A DNA stretch of 32,000 nucleotides from Candidatus Saccharimonadota bacterium (lineage in GTDB: Bacteria > Patescibacteriota > Saccharimonadia > Saccharimonadales > UBA4665). A model generated the notes under the pieces. It was given only the letters and a program-made list of their open reading frames with translations, had not been told where the DNA came from and did no database searches. The translations under genes and the position numbers were made by a program. Shown here in pieces: positions 14,962 to 24,506 of the stretch (position 1 is the first letter of the stretch; each line of letters opens with the position of its first letter). The DNA lies in NCBI GenBank assembly GCA_963718045.1, contig OY970350.1, positions 360,001 through 392,000 on the forward strand, given 5' to 3'.

Positions 14962-17423
14962 ATTATAGAAATTTCAGTGACTATGTGTCTGAGTTTAAAG
15001 GTAGAGGAGAGCGTAGTGCCCTAACTATTCGCAGCTTTATTAAAATAGAAAGACTAAGTTACGCTGCCTTTCAAGTCAATATATATAAGACAGCTAACTT
15101 CTTAAAAGACAGGGGCTATCAGGCTGGTGATCGTTTAATGATAGTTGCCAGCAACTCTCCAGAGTGGCTAGAAGTATTTTTGGCAGCTGAGCTACTGGGA
15201 GTTATCGTCGTGTCGGTAGACATTAGCTTAAGCTCAGCTACAATTAAAGGCTTTATTAAGCAAACTGAACCGAAGGGCATATTCGTCAGTCGGTATAAAG
15301 TTAATGAGTTCAGTAAGTCACTTAACCTATACGTTATCGATGATTTATATCAAGACATTGCCGTTTATTTAGCCGAACCGCCAGGTATTAGTCTTAGCGA
15401 TGAGCAAAAGGGGTTAATTGTTTTCACGTCAGGCACGACGGCTGCTCCTAAAGGTGTAGTTTTGACTCAGGCTAATATCTTAAATAATGTCTTAGGGATT
15501 CAAAGAGCCATTGCCATTGATCCAGACTGGCGGCTTTTATCGGTTCTCCCCTTGTCTCATATGTATGAGTTGACTGGCAGCCTTTCTGTTATATCTAAGG
15601 GGGCTAGTATCTTCTACCTTAAGCAGGTCACTCCCTCGGCTATTGCCAAGGCTTTAGTCGAGTACCGCATATCGGTTATGCTGGCTATCCCGCAGCTTTT
15701 AGGATTGATGATGGGAAGTATTGAGCAAATTGCTAAGAACGAAGGACAGTCCGGGGCGCTTTTGGTTGCCAGACGCATTGCTCGTTACCTGCCCTTTGGA
15801 CTTCGAAGGAAGCTGTTTAGCAGTGTTCGTAAGCGCCTAGGCGGACATTTAAATCTGATTGTCACCGGCGGAGCGCCGATTCCAGAAGACGTTGCCCTTA
15901 AGTGGGAGCTGATGGGTGTTAGGCTGCTCCAGGGCTACGGCTTAACTGAGACTTCGCCGATCTTAACCGTTAACCGGATGGACGACCGTCATGCTGATTC
16001 GCCTGGTCCGCCGCTAGATAATGTTGAGCTTAAAATTGCCGAGGATGGTGAAATATTAGCTAGAGGGCCAAGTATTTTCAGCGAGTACTGGCACAATAAG
16101 ACGGCTACTGAGGAAACATTTACTTCCAATGGCTGGTTTAAAACTGGTGATGCCGGAATGATTAAAAACGGATTACTATATATCCGAGGCCGGCTGAAGT
16201 TTGCCATTGTCCTATCGAGCGGCCTCAAGGTCTTTCCTGAAGACATTGAAGAGCGTGCCGTTCATAATGAGGCTTTCGGCGAGCTCTGCATTGTCGGTGT
16301 TAATACAGCTGGCGGCGAAGAAGTCACTGCTGTCGTAACCTCAGTTAAAAGCGATGACCAGATAGCTAAAGCTATCGAAGAAATTAACGACAAACTGGAG
16401 TCATATCAGTATATTTCTTCCTGGAAAAGGTGGCCAGAAGAGGACTTTCCGCGAACCCGTTTATTAAAAGTTGACCAACGTCTAGTCTGGGATTGGGCTA
16501 ATAAGAAAACGGATGCAGGCCGGTCCGCGAATGAAGAGCCGGCTTCTAAGGACGTCCTAGTTGAGGCCATAAGACTAACCTGTGGCAAACAACTTCCCGA
16601 CGCTCGGGACTCGAATAAGCTAGCTGAGCTTGGACTTGATTCACTAAAGCGCTTAGCTTTAGTAGCAGTACTAGAAGAAACTTTACGGGTCAGTATTCCG
16701 GAGGAATATATATCTTCAGGGACGACTGTTGGCCAGCTTAGAAACTTAATTAAGGAAGCACCAGCCAACAAGGCTAGTAAGCCAATACCTAAATGGCAAT
16801 TTAATCCCTATGTTAGACTTATCGGCAATGCGCTCAGAGATTACCTGCTAGGTAGTATTGTTAGAATATGGGTACGTTTGAAAGTTGAAGGAACCGATAA
16901 CCTTAATAAACTTAACTGCCCGGCTATATATATTTTTAACCACACTGATGACTTTGATGGTCCGGTTGTTTATCGGGCGATACCAAAAAACTTAAGAAAA
17001 CACCTAACTGTAGCTGCCGCTGACGATGTTCTAAGAGAACATAAGGTTTTAGCCTTTATAATTAGACTGTGTTTTGCCGGCTTTAACTTATCTAGAAAAG
17101 AACCGTATTTGCCTAGCCTGGAATACGTTGGAACGGTTATTGATAAAGGCTTTAGCGTCGTAATATCCCCTGAAGGAAAGATTAGCGTTAGCGGTAAACT
17201 TCAGGATTTTAAAAGTGGCATCGGTTTACTGGCTGTCGAATTGGGTGTGCCGATAGTGCCGCTAAAAACATTTGGACTTAGAGGCACCGTCCCGCTGCAT
17301 GCAAATTGGCCTAAAAAACATAGTCATGTAACAGTTAAAATAGGTCGTCCTGTTGTCTTCGGCAGAGATCAGTCCTACAACGAGGTTGCCAGAAAACTGC
17401 ATCAAATCTTAAACAGTATGTAA
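14958..17423 (+). CDS. Tri-domain fusion: AMP-forming fatty acyl ligase + phosphopantetheine carrier domain + PlsC-type lysophospholipid acyltransferase
   Basis: Adenylation motifs VFTSGTTAAPKG (15426-15455 for TSGTTAAPKG), GYGLTETSP, WFKTGDAG and PRTRLLKV. Carrier motif LGLDSLKRL with Ser562 at 16641-16643. Acyltransferase HX4D motif NHTDDFD at 16938-16958 and SPEGK at 17166-17180. Confidence 0.85.
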   Translation: MNYRNFSDYVSEFKGRGERSALTIRSFIKIERLSYAAFQVNIYKTANFLKDRGYQAGDRLMIVASNSPEWLEVFLAAELLGVIVVSVDISLSSATIKGFIKQTEPKGIFVSRYKVNEFSKSLNLYVIDDLYQDIAVYLAEPPGISLSDEQKGLIVFTSGTTAAPKGVVLTQANILNNVLGIQRAIAIDPDWRLLSVLPLSHMYELTGSLSVISKGASIFYLKQVTPSAIAKALVEYRISVMLAIPQLLGLMMGSIEQIAKNEGQSGALLVARRIARYLPFGLRRKLFSSVRKRLGGHLNLIVTGGAPIPEDVALKWELMGVRLLQGYGLTETSPILTVNRMDDRHADSPGPPLDNVELKIAEDGEILARGPSIFSEYWHNKTATEETFTSNGWFKTGDAGMIKNGLLYIRGRLKFAIVLSSGLKVFPEDIEERAVHNEAFGELCIVGVNTAGGEEVTAVVTSVKSDDQIAKAIEEINDKLESYQYISSWKRWPEEDFPRTRLLKVDQRLVWDWANKKTDAGRSANEEPASKDVLVEAIRLTCGKQLPDARDSNKLAELGLDSLKRLALVAVLEETLRVSIPEEYISSGTTVGQLRNLIKEAPANKASKPIPKWQFNPYVRLIGNALRDYLLGSIVRIWVRLKVEGTDNLNKLNCPAIYIFNHTDDFDGPVVYRAIPKNLRKHLTVAAADDVLREHKVLAFIIRLCFAGFNLSRKEPYLPSLEYVGTVIDKGFSVVISPEGKISVSGKLQDFKSGIGLLAVELGVPIVPLKTFGLRGTVPLHANWPKKHSHVTVKIGRPVVFGRDQSYNEVARKLHQILNSM

Positions 17424-17436
17424 GCCAGACTTACCT

Positions 17437-18939
17437 TTAACTACTGTTCCGTTTTCTAATAAATTTCGGTATGAATTTGAGTTCACGAGCGCCGGTAGCT
17501 GCTTCAGCTCCTGTCTCTGGATCATAAAAGAAGTCCGGACTTGAGTATTGGTCATAAGTTACCATTAGAGCCCTTGATTCAACGGCTCTTAGAGTTTGCA
17601 GGGCGACAGATACTAAGATTAGGATGCTAGTACCGCCAATAGTTATGCTGACGCTAACAAATAACTGGGCAATAATTGGTAATAGGGCCAGTAAACCTAA
17701 GGAAATGGCGCCAAACAGAGTCAGCCTGTTAACGATTCTAGATAAGTACTTCTCGGTTTGCAGTCCGCCCCTGACTCCTTCAATAAAGCCGCCCTGTTTG
17801 TGCAGGTTTTCGGCTATTTCTTTAGAGTTAAAAGTGATTGATGTATAAAAGAAAGTAAAGACAAAGACTAGGAGGAAGTATGTCAGCGGATAGATATAAG
17901 CAATTAAACCTTCAGTCTTAAAGGTGGTGGATGTTGGCGTCTGGAACCAAGTAGTAAGGTCGGTGCCAATATGGGACCAAGTCACGCTTTTAACACCCTT
18001 TAATATTTCACCGGCAAAACTAGGCACACTTAAGAAAGCCACAGCAAAGATAATTGGTATAACTCCTGCTGTAATCAGTTTTACGGGCAGCGTGGTCGTC
18101 ACGCCGCCGTAGGCCCGGTTGCCTTGGACCCTTTTGGCATAGTTCACCGTCAGGTTTCTGGCCGCCTCGTTTAACATAACGACCAGCCACGTCAGGATTA
18201 CGATAGACACTATTATAATAGCGGTATAGATTAAAGCCTCCTTATTGAAAGCAATGCTGTGACCAAAGACTTTCCAGTGATGTTTACCAGTTACAACCGA
18301 GCTAATAATGTTATGAATATTGCTTGGCAGCCGGCTAACAATACCGACGGTTATGATTAGCGATATACCGTTGCCAAGGCTTTGTTCAGTCACTAGCTCA
18401 CCGAGCCACATAAGCAGCATCGAACCGCCGGTTAAGGAAGCCACCATTAAGACCCACTGCATTATGGATGTATTAGCGGTAATATTACCAACACCGCCTA
18501 GACTTGCGGCTGCTTGTCTAATTAGGAAGATTGATCCGACAGATTGAATCATAGCCAGCGGAAAGGTCAGGATACGGGTGTACTGGTTAATCTTCTTCTG
18601 GCCAAACTCACCTTCTTTATGGAGTGCTTCAAGTTTAGGGATAGCTTTTGTTAGAAGCTGCATAATAATCGAGGCATTAATAAAAGGTCCCAGGCCGGCC
18701 AGCATTATTGAGAAGTTGGCTAGTGCGCCGCCGGATAAAACGTTAATAAAGCTAAGCAGCTGCGGACTATTCTTGGAATTAAACAAGTTTTGCAGGACTT
18801 GGTGCAGAGTTTGTGGATTAGCTATAGGTACTGGCAGTTGAGCTAGGATTCTAAAAACTAACAATATACCAAGGACAGCTAAGATGCGCTTGCGCATGTC
18901 GCTATGGCTTAGTGAACGCCAGATTACTTTCCAGTTCAT
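17437..18939 (-). CDS. secY: Preprotein translocase subunit SecY (about 45-aa C-terminal extension)
   Basis: A 10-TM SecY profile directly downstream of rplO in the conserved position. 500 aa. Confidence 0.95.
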   Translation of the reverse strand: MNWKVIWRSLSHSDMRKRILAVLGILLVFRILAQLPVPIANPQTLHQVLQNLFNSKNSPQLLSFINVLSGGALANFSIMLAGLGPFINASIIMQLLTKAIPKLEALHKEGEFGQKKINQYTRILTFPLAMIQSVGSIFLIRQAAASLGGVGNITANTSIMQWVLMVASLTGGSMLLMWLGELVTEQSLGNGISLIITVGIVSRLPSNIHNIISSVVTGKHHWKVFGHSIAFNKEALIYTAIIIVSIVILTWLVVMLNEAARNLTVNYAKRVQGNRAYGGVTTTLPVKLITAGVIPIIFAVAFLSVPSFAGEILKGVKSVTWSHIGTDLTTWFQTPTSTTFKTEGLIAYIYPLTYFLLVFVFTFFYTSITFNSKEIAENLHKQGGFIEGVRGGLQTEKYLSRIVNRLTLFGAISLGLLALLPIIAQLFVSVSITIGGTSILILVSVALQTLRAVESRALMVTYDQYSSPDFFYDPETGAEAATGARELKFIPKFIRKRNSS

Positions 18940-18991
18940 TATCTTACTTAATACCCTCCAAAGACTTTTTGTCTTCCTTAGTCTATCAAAT

Positions 18992-19465
18992 TTATTTTAT
19001 GCTGTCAGAGTCCTTGGCCGGTCTTTTTAAGCGCTCGACTTTTAGGTAACTGCCCCCGGCTTTATTTATCTCGTCAATAGCTCCGCCGCTGGCATTAGGC
19101 AGCTTGACAGTCTTAGACGACTTAAGCTCGCCGCCAGCCAGCAACTTCACCTTAGTATAGGGGCTAGATATTAAGCCTTCTTCGGCAAGTACGTTTGCAT
19201 CTATTTCCTTAGCCTTAACCGCTTCAAGAGAGCCAACTTTTACTATTTCAGCCTTAGTTTTAAGTGATTTAAAGCCAGGCAGTTTAGGCAGCTGCTGCAT
19301 AAGCGGGTTTTGTCCGCCGCTAAAGCCTGGACGCTTGCTAAAACCGGTTCTCGATTTTTGACCCTTAGTCCCCCGTCCGGCAGTTTTGCCTTGTCCGGCA
19401 GCAATGCCTCGTCCAACCCGATTAGTCTTCTGGCTGGCGGTTAAATTTAGCTGGTTGTACTTCAT
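18992..19465 (-). CDS. rplO: 50S ribosomal protein L15
   Basis: NRVGRGIAAGQGKTAGRGTKGQKSRTG glycine-rich L15 N-terminus. Its start overlaps the rpsE stop (ATGA). Confidence 0.95.
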   Translation of the reverse strand: MKYNQLNLTASQKTNRVGRGIAAGQGKTAGRGTKGQKSRTGFSKRPGFSGGQNPLMQQLPKLPGFKSLKTKAEIVKVGSLEAVKAKEIDANVLAEEGLISSPYTKVKLLAGGELKSSKTVKLPNASGGAIDEINKAGGSYLKVERLKRPAKDSDSIK

Positions 19466-20031
19466 TTAGCTTCCTTTGACTTGGCGGTAACTTTTTTGGT
19501 AACTTTAGGTTTTGAGTCCGGTTTCCCTTGTCTGGTTATCCATTCACTCGCCGGCTTAAGTGAGCTTAATGCATTAATTGTGGCATAAGCTACGTTAGTC
19601 TTGTTGGATGAGCCGAGGGACTTAGTCAGTGCATTATTAACACCGGCAGCTTCAAGAACTGTTCTAATAACGCCGCCGGCAATAACACCCGTACCTGGGC
19701 TGGCTGGTTTTAGTAAGATTCTGGCACCAGATACTTTTGCTTCAACTTCGTGAGGAATTGTACCTTTATATAAATTAACGGTGATGAAGTGTTTTTTTGC
19801 AACTTCAGTGGCTTTAGTAACAGCTGCGGTTACATCGGCACCCTTAGCAGTCCCGACGCCAACACGGTTTTTTCGGTCGCCAACGACTACTAGAGCCCTA
19901 AATCTAAATCTTCGGCCGCCTTTAACAACTCGGGCGACACGGTCAACCTGGACAGTCCGTTCATCGAACTGCTTTTCTTCGGGCTCTACTCGAGGCCTTT
20001 TACGATTCTTATTTGCTTGTTCGTTAGCCAT
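19462..20031 (-). CDS. rpsE: 30S ribosomal protein S5 (extended termini)
   Basis: VDRVARVVKGGRRFRFRALVVVGD is the S5 dsRBD signature. Confidence 0.95.
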   Translation of the reverse strand: MANEQANKNRKRPRVEPEEKQFDERTVQVDRVARVVKGGRRFRFRALVVVGDRKNRVGVGTAKGADVTAAVTKATEVAKKHFITVNLYKGTIPHEVEAKVSGARILLKPASPGTGVIAGGVIRTVLEAAGVNNALTKSLGSSNKTNVAYATINALSSLKPASEWITRQGKPDSKPKVTKKVTAKSKEAK

Positions 20032-20387
20032 TATATCTCCAATCCTGCATCGCGGGCGGCATCTGCTAGAGCGGCAACACGGCCATGGTAAAGTTTACCA
20101 TTTCTATCTAAAACAACTTTCGTATACTTCTTAGCGGCCGCTTTTTTGGCGATGTCGTTGCCAACCCACTTAGCTCTCTTGGTTAAGTTCTCCGGCAGGT
20201 TCTTTTTGCCGACTGATGTTGAATAGACTAAAGTTCGTCCTGATACATCATCTACCAGCTGGGCAGTTACGTGGCGGAGACTAAAAAAGACAGATAGTCT
20301 GGGTCTCGATTCTGAGCCGTTAACAATGCTTCTGACTCTGAGCTGGCGTCTTTTACGGTTGGCTAGTTTATGCTTTAAATTATCCAT
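20031..20387 (-). CDS. rplR: 50S ribosomal protein L18
   Basis: RKRRQLRVRSIVNGSESRPRLSVFFSLRHVTAQLVDD and C-terminal YHGRVAALADAARDAGLEI. Confidence 0.95.
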   Translation of the reverse strand: MDNLKHKLANRKRRQLRVRSIVNGSESRPRLSVFFSLRHVTAQLVDDVSGRTLVYSTSVGKKNLPENLTKRAKWVGNDIAKKAAAKKYTKVVLDRNGKLYHGRVAALADAARDAGLEI

Positions 20388-20389
20388 CG

Positions 20390-20929
20390 TTATTTTTCCT
20401 TACCGCTTTTACCGCTCTTACGGATAATACGTTCATCTATATACTTAATACCCTTGCCTTTATATGGTTCAGGTTTCCTGATTGCTCTAATTTCAGCGGC
20501 GACTTGGCCAACCTGCTGCTTGCTTATGCCGCTGACAGTTATAACGTTCTGATCAATGGATAAAACTATGCCCTGGGGGACTACATATGTAACATCGTGG
20601 GACAAGCCAACGCTTAGTTTAAGAGTTTGTCCCTGGAGATTTACTCTATAACCAACGCCGTTTATCTCCAATTTCTTGGAAAATCCATTTGTTACCCCGA
20701 CAACTTGGTTATTAATAAGGCTTCGCATCAGACCGTGTTTAGCTGCTGTTTGCTGTTCATTATTTTCCCGTTCGACTACAACAACATCTTCATCTCGGCG
20801 AACTTTAATTCCAGGTATCATGAATTGGGTTAGTGACCCCTTGGGGCCATTAACTGTAACATTATCCGGGCTAATGTCTATAGTGACACCGCTTGGGACT
20901 TTGATAGGTTGTTTGCCAATTCTACTCAT
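20390..20929 (-). CDS. rplF: 50S ribosomal protein L6
   Basis: MSRIGKQPIKVPSGVTI N-terminus and EPYKGKGIKY near the C-terminus. Confidence 0.95.
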   Translation of the reverse strand: MSRIGKQPIKVPSGVTIDISPDNVTVNGPKGSLTQFMIPGIKVRRDEDVVVVERENNEQQTAAKHGLMRSLINNQVVGVTNGFSKKLEINGVGYRVNLQGQTLKLSVGLSHDVTYVVPQGIVLSIDQNVITVSGISKQQVGQVAAEIRAIRKPEPYKGKGIKYIDERIIRKSGKSGKEK

Positions 20930-21334
20930 TTAATATACCTGACAGATTAATTCTCCACCTACGTGTTCGCTTTTAGCCTGGTCACCAGTCATTACTCCTT
21001 TAGAGGTAGATAATATTACCATACCCCGGCCATGTTTAACTACTGGGATTTCCTTAGAGTTAACATAATTTCTTTTGCCGGGACGGGATAATTTGTCTAT
21101 TTCAGTAATTCTAGCAACAGACGAGTCACGGTTTAGGGTTAAGTTTAGCACCTTTGAGGTCTTATCGCCTTCCACTTTAACTCCGTCAATAAAGTTGTTT
21201 TCAACGAGAAGCGTAGCAACAGCTTCTTTAATTCGGCTGTGCGGCAGGATAATTTCCGCCTTATTAACAGCAATAGCATTACGGATCTGACTTAGCATAT
21301 CGGCGATCGGGTCAGTTGATGGTTTTCGATTCAT
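20930..21334 (-). CDS. rpsH: 30S ribosomal protein S8
   Basis: DPIADMLSQIRNA N-terminus and GGELICQVY C-terminus. Confidence 0.95.
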   Translation of the reverse strand: MNRKPSTDPIADMLSQIRNAIAVNKAEIILPHSRIKEAVATLLVENNFIDGVKVEGDKTSKVLNLTLNRDSSVARITEIDKLSRPGKRNYVNSKEIPVVKHGRGMVILSTSKGVMTGDQAKSEHVGGELICQVY

Positions 21335-21352
21335 ATATAAACTCCTCCTAAA

Positions 21353-21622
21353 TTACCAGCTAGATTTTGTTATACCAGGGATTTCACCCTTTGCGGCGTG
21401 TTCACGGAAAGATATTCTGCTTAATCCAAATTGACGCATATAGCCGCGTGAACGGCCGGTCTCTAGACACCTGTTTTTTAGCCTAGTCGGTGATGAATTT
21501 CTGGGCAGTCCAGCCAGGCCTTCAAGGTCGCCCATAGCTTTAAGTTCAGCTCGTTTGCCGGCATACTTCTCATTCATTTTGCGTCTTTTTAGATCTCTAG
21601 CAATAATAGATTTCTTTGCCAT
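21353..21622 (-). CDS. rpsN: 30S ribosomal protein S14 (long, non-zinc-ribbon type)
   Basis: [41 protein letters not shown]-terminus. It lacks the CxxC pairs. Confidence 0.95.
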   Translation of the reverse strand: MAKKSIIARDLKRRKMNEKYAGKRAELKAMGDLEGLAGLPRNSSPTRLKNRCLETGRSRGYMRQFGLSRISFREHAAKGEIPGITKSSW

Positions 21623-21627
21623 ATTCT

Positions 21628-22206
21628 TTAGCTCCTTTCTTTCTCAAAGGGTATGCCGAATTTATCCAGCAGTGCCTTTGATTGTTCTCTAGATTTAGAT
21701 TTAATTACCAGGATTATTTCCAATCCGTGGCTGGTTGTCGTTTCTTCAAATGTTAACTCCGGAAAAACAGACTGTTCACTTATGCCGATTGTATAGTTGC
21801 CCTGGGCGTCAAAAGAGGTAGTCTTTAGGCCATGGAAGTCCCGCAGCCTGGGCAGTACCAGGTTAATAAAACGATCTAGAAATTCATACATACGGTCGCC
21901 TCTAAGTGTTACTTTAAGCCCAATCTTGTTGCCTTCCCTAAGCTTAAATGAGGCAATAGACTTCTTAGCGGTTGTTTCAACTGGCGATTGTCCGGTTATC
22001 TTACGAAGAGTATTGGCAGCTGCTTCCAGGTATTTTTTATCGTCCTTAGCCTTACCGAGACCAACATTAATAACGATCTTAGTCAGCCTTGGTGCCTGCC
22101 AAGGGTTTTTAAGACCCAGTTCACTAACAAGTTCAGGCAATAATGTTTGCCTGTACTCGGCTTTAAGCCGCGGCGTATAAGCTACTTTTAAGTCGTTAGC
22201 AGCCAT
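21628..22206 (-). CDS. rplE: 50S ribosomal protein L5
   Basis: [13 protein letters not shown] and the [19 protein letters not shown] motifs. Confidence 0.95.
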   Translation of the reverse strand: MAANDLKVAYTPRLKAEYRQTLLPELVSELGLKNPWQAPRLTKIVINVGLGKAKDDKKYLEAAANTLRKITGQSPVETTAKKSIASFKLREGNKIGLKVTLRGDRMYEFLDRFINLVLPRLRDFHGLKTTSFDAQGNYTIGISEQSVFPELTFEETTTSHGLEIILVIKSKSREQSKALLDKFGIPFEKERS

Positions 22207-22541
22207 TATTTAATCTCCTTTGAACTCTTGGCATATTGACGGGTCTTAGTACCTTTATCGTCAAGGACATGCTTGATTCGGCTAGGTTTTTTAAGTTCCG
22301 GTTCATAGATAGCAACCTTACTTACCCAGATTGGCTTAACAATCTCTCTAATCGAACCAACGCGGTTAGTCCGGGTGGGTTTAATGTGTTTTTTAATAAT
22401 GTTAATGCCTTCGACAGTAACCTTATTTTCCCTGGGGTGGACTTTTAGGATTTTGCCTGTTTTGCCCTTATATTTACCCGACAGGACAATCACCTTATCG
22501 CCGACTTTTAGCCTAATCTTAAATGGTTTGTTTAAGTTCAT
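22206..22541 (-). CDS. rplX: 50S ribosomal protein L24
   Basis: KOW motif LKVGDKVIVLSGKYKGKTGKILKV. Confidence 0.95.
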   Translation of the reverse strand: MNLNKPFKIRLKVGDKVIVLSGKYKGKTGKILKVHPRENKVTVEGINIIKKHIKPTRTNRVGSIREIVKPIWVSKVAIYEPELKKPSRIKHVLDDKGTKTRQYAKSSKEIK

Positions 22542-22542
22542 C

Positions 22543-22914
22543 TTAAAGCACCTCCGGAGCGAGTGAAACGATCTTAGAATAACCCAGGTCTCTTAGTTCT
22601 CTTGGTACTGGACCAAATATGCGGGTGGCTCTTGGTGTTAGGTCGTCCTCAGACAGAATGACAGCAGCGTTATCGTCAAAGGCGATAGTCGATCCATCTT
22701 TTCTTTGAGTGGTGTCTTTAGTCCTAATAATCACGGCTTTGACAACTGATTTCTTTCTGACGGTGCCGTTCGGGGCGGCATCCTTAACGGTAGCGACGAT
22801 TTTATCGCCAACTCTGGCATAGCGGCGTCTTGAACCACCAAGAACACGGATGCAAAGTATTTCCTTTGCGCCTGAATTATCGGCTACAACTAGTCTTGTT
22901 TCCTGCTGAATCAT
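22543..22914 (-). CDS. rplN: 50S ribosomal protein L14
   Basis: [27 protein letters not shown] is a canonical N-terminus. Confidence 0.95.
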   Translation of the reverse strand: MIQQETRLVVADNSGAKEILCIRVLGGSRRRYARVGDKIVATVKDAAPNGTVRKKSVVKAVIIRTKDTTQRKDGSTIAFDDNAAVILSEDDLTPRATRIFGPVPRELRDLGYSKIVSLAPEVL

Positions 22915-23258
22915 TTGACTTCCTTATCGGCTTCATCTTCTTCGGTCTTCTTAGACTTTGAAGCTGGTCTTTCCGTAGCGTCTTCAGGTTTAATTACAGC
23001 CAGTGAGTCTAAGGTAAGGACGGGCCTTTCCAAGATTTTCTCTAACTTAAAGTGCTTCTTAGCGCTAATCGGTCTGGTTTCGATAATTATTACCTTGTCG
23101 CCTGGGTTTGCTTCATTCTTCTCATCATGAGCCAGAATCTTCTTAGAGACTGAATACTGCTTCTTATATATCGGGTGTGTGCGGCGGCTTGAAACCAGAA
23201 CAGATATTGTCTTATCTGCTTTATTGGACGTTACAATACCGACAATTACTTTAGGCAT
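22911..23258 (-). CDS. rpsQ: 30S ribosomal protein S17 (acidic/basic C-terminal extension)
   Basis: [28 protein letters not shown]... [26 protein letters not shown]. Confidence 0.95.
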   Translation of the reverse strand: MPKVIVGIVTSNKADKTISVLVSSRRTHPIYKKQYSVSKKILAHDEKNEANPGDKVIIIETRPISAKKHFKLEKILERPVLTLDSLAVIKPEDATERPASKSKKTEEDEADKEVK

Positions 23259-23458
23259 TAGCGAATCTCCTTTATTAGCTCTTCACCAAGGACTGTTAAT
23301 ACACGGGCCAAATCTTTACGCTTTAATCTGATTGCCCTGACGTTATTAATTTCACCTAGCCTTGTTCTTCTTCTAAGCTCAACCAACTCTTCTTTAATTG
23401 AGTTAGAAGTGGTGGCTAGTTCTGCAGTCGACATTTTACGTATTTCAGCTATTTTCAT
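23258..23458 (-). CDS. rpmC: 50S ribosomal protein L29
   Basis: IRKMSTAELATTSNSIKEELVELRRR... RLKRKDLARVLTVL. Confidence 0.93.
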   Translation of the reverse strand: MKIAEIRKMSTAELATTSNSIKEELVELRRRTRLGEINNVRAIRLKRKDLARVLTVLGEELIKEIR

Positions 23459-23460
23459 GG

Positions 23461-23874
23461 CTAGTCATCCTCACGCCTAATAAACTTAGTTCTAACCGGC
23501 AGCTTGTTGGCGGCTAGTCTCATAGCTTCCCTGGCGACATCTTCGGTTACTCCCTGCATCTCAAAAAGAACGGTGCCAGGCTTAACTTTAGCAACAAAAA
23601 ACTCAGGGTTGCCTTTACCGCCGCCCATCCTGACGTCCAGAGGCTTCTTGGTAACTGGAATATGGGGGAAAATACGGATCCAGATTTTACCGCCGCGCTT
23701 AATATATCTGGTCATCGCTTGGCGGGAAGCTTCTATCTGACGGGCGGAAATTCTTGATGGCTCCATAGCAGATAAACCATATTCTCCAAAAGCAATGTTG
23801 TTTCCTGAGGTAGCAACACCGTGTATGCGGCCTTTTCTAAACTTTCTAAATTTGGTTCGGGCTGGCATTAACAT
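23461..23874 (-). CDS. rplP: 50S ribosomal protein L16
   Basis: The track ORF runs to 24030 but overlaps rpsC. The true start is the ATG at 23874 ([19 protein letters not shown]), 1 nt downstream of the rpsC stop codon. Confidence 0.95.
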   Translation of the reverse strand: MLMPARTKFRKFRKGRIHGVATSGNNIAFGEYGLSAMEPSRISARQIEASRQAMTRYIKRGGKIWIRIFPHIPVTKKPLDVRMGGGKGNPEFFVAKVKPGTVLFEMQGVTEDVAREAMRLAANKLPVRTKFIRREDD

Positions 23875-23875
23875 C

Positions 23876-24505
23876 TTAAAGAACCTCCCCCTTATATATC
23901 CAGACCTTAACACCAATAATGCCGCCGACAGTCTTAGCGTTAACCTCGGCAAAGTCGATATCTGCTCTGATGGTATGAAGCGGAACTGAGCCGGCAACTT
24001 CTTTCTCTCGTCTGGACATTTCAGCACCATTTAATCGGCCAGCGACTTCAATACGGACACCCTTAGCGCCAGCCCGCATAGTAGCGGCGGAAGCAGATTT
24101 AATAGCCCGTTTAAAACTCATTCGTCTTTCCAGCTGGTGGGCAATGTTTTCAGCAACAAGTTTGGCCTGGAGGTCAGCTTTCTTGACCTCTTCAATATTA
24201 ACCCGGGTAGGGGTGGCATATATTTTTTCAATGGCATCTTTAAGCTCGCTGGCGCCTGTTCCGCCCTTGCCTATAACTACACCGGCCCGGCCGGTAAAGA
24301 TCGTGACATTAACAAGATTTGGTGTTCTCGTTATCTCCACTTTAGAAATAGCAGCCCGGGAGCCGAGTTTATCGGCAATCATCTTACGGACTGTCAGGTC
24401 CTGGGCAAGATAGTTAGCGTAATTTCTTTTATCGCTGAACCACTTGCTTCGCCATTCTTTATTGACCTGGAGACGCATGGAAATTGGATTAACTTTCTGG
24501 CCCAT
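23876..24505 (-). CDS. rpsC: 30S ribosomal protein S3
   Basis: The track ORF runs to 24595. The canonical start [12 protein letters not shown] is at 24505, adjacent to the rplV stop. KH domain and S3 C-terminal domain present. Confidence 0.95.
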   Translation of the reverse strand: MGQKVNPISMRLQVNKEWRSKWFSDKRNYANYLAQDLTVRKMIADKLGSRAAISKVEITRTPNLVNVTIFTGRAGVVIGKGGTGASELKDAIEKIYATPTRVNIEEVKKADLQAKLVAENIAHQLERRMSFKRAIKSASAATMRAGAKGVRIEVAGRLNGAEMSRREKEVAGSVPLHTIRADIDFAEVNAKTVGGIIGVKVWIYKGEVL

Positions 24506-24506
24506 C

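Noticed and set aside
23875-24030. N-terminal extensions of rplP (to 24030) and rpsC (to 24595) in the ORF track.
   Set aside because: The extensions overlap the upstream r-protein genes. The canonical N-termini ([11 protein letters not shown] for L16, [12 protein letters not shown] for S3) start 1 nt downstream of the preceding stop codons.
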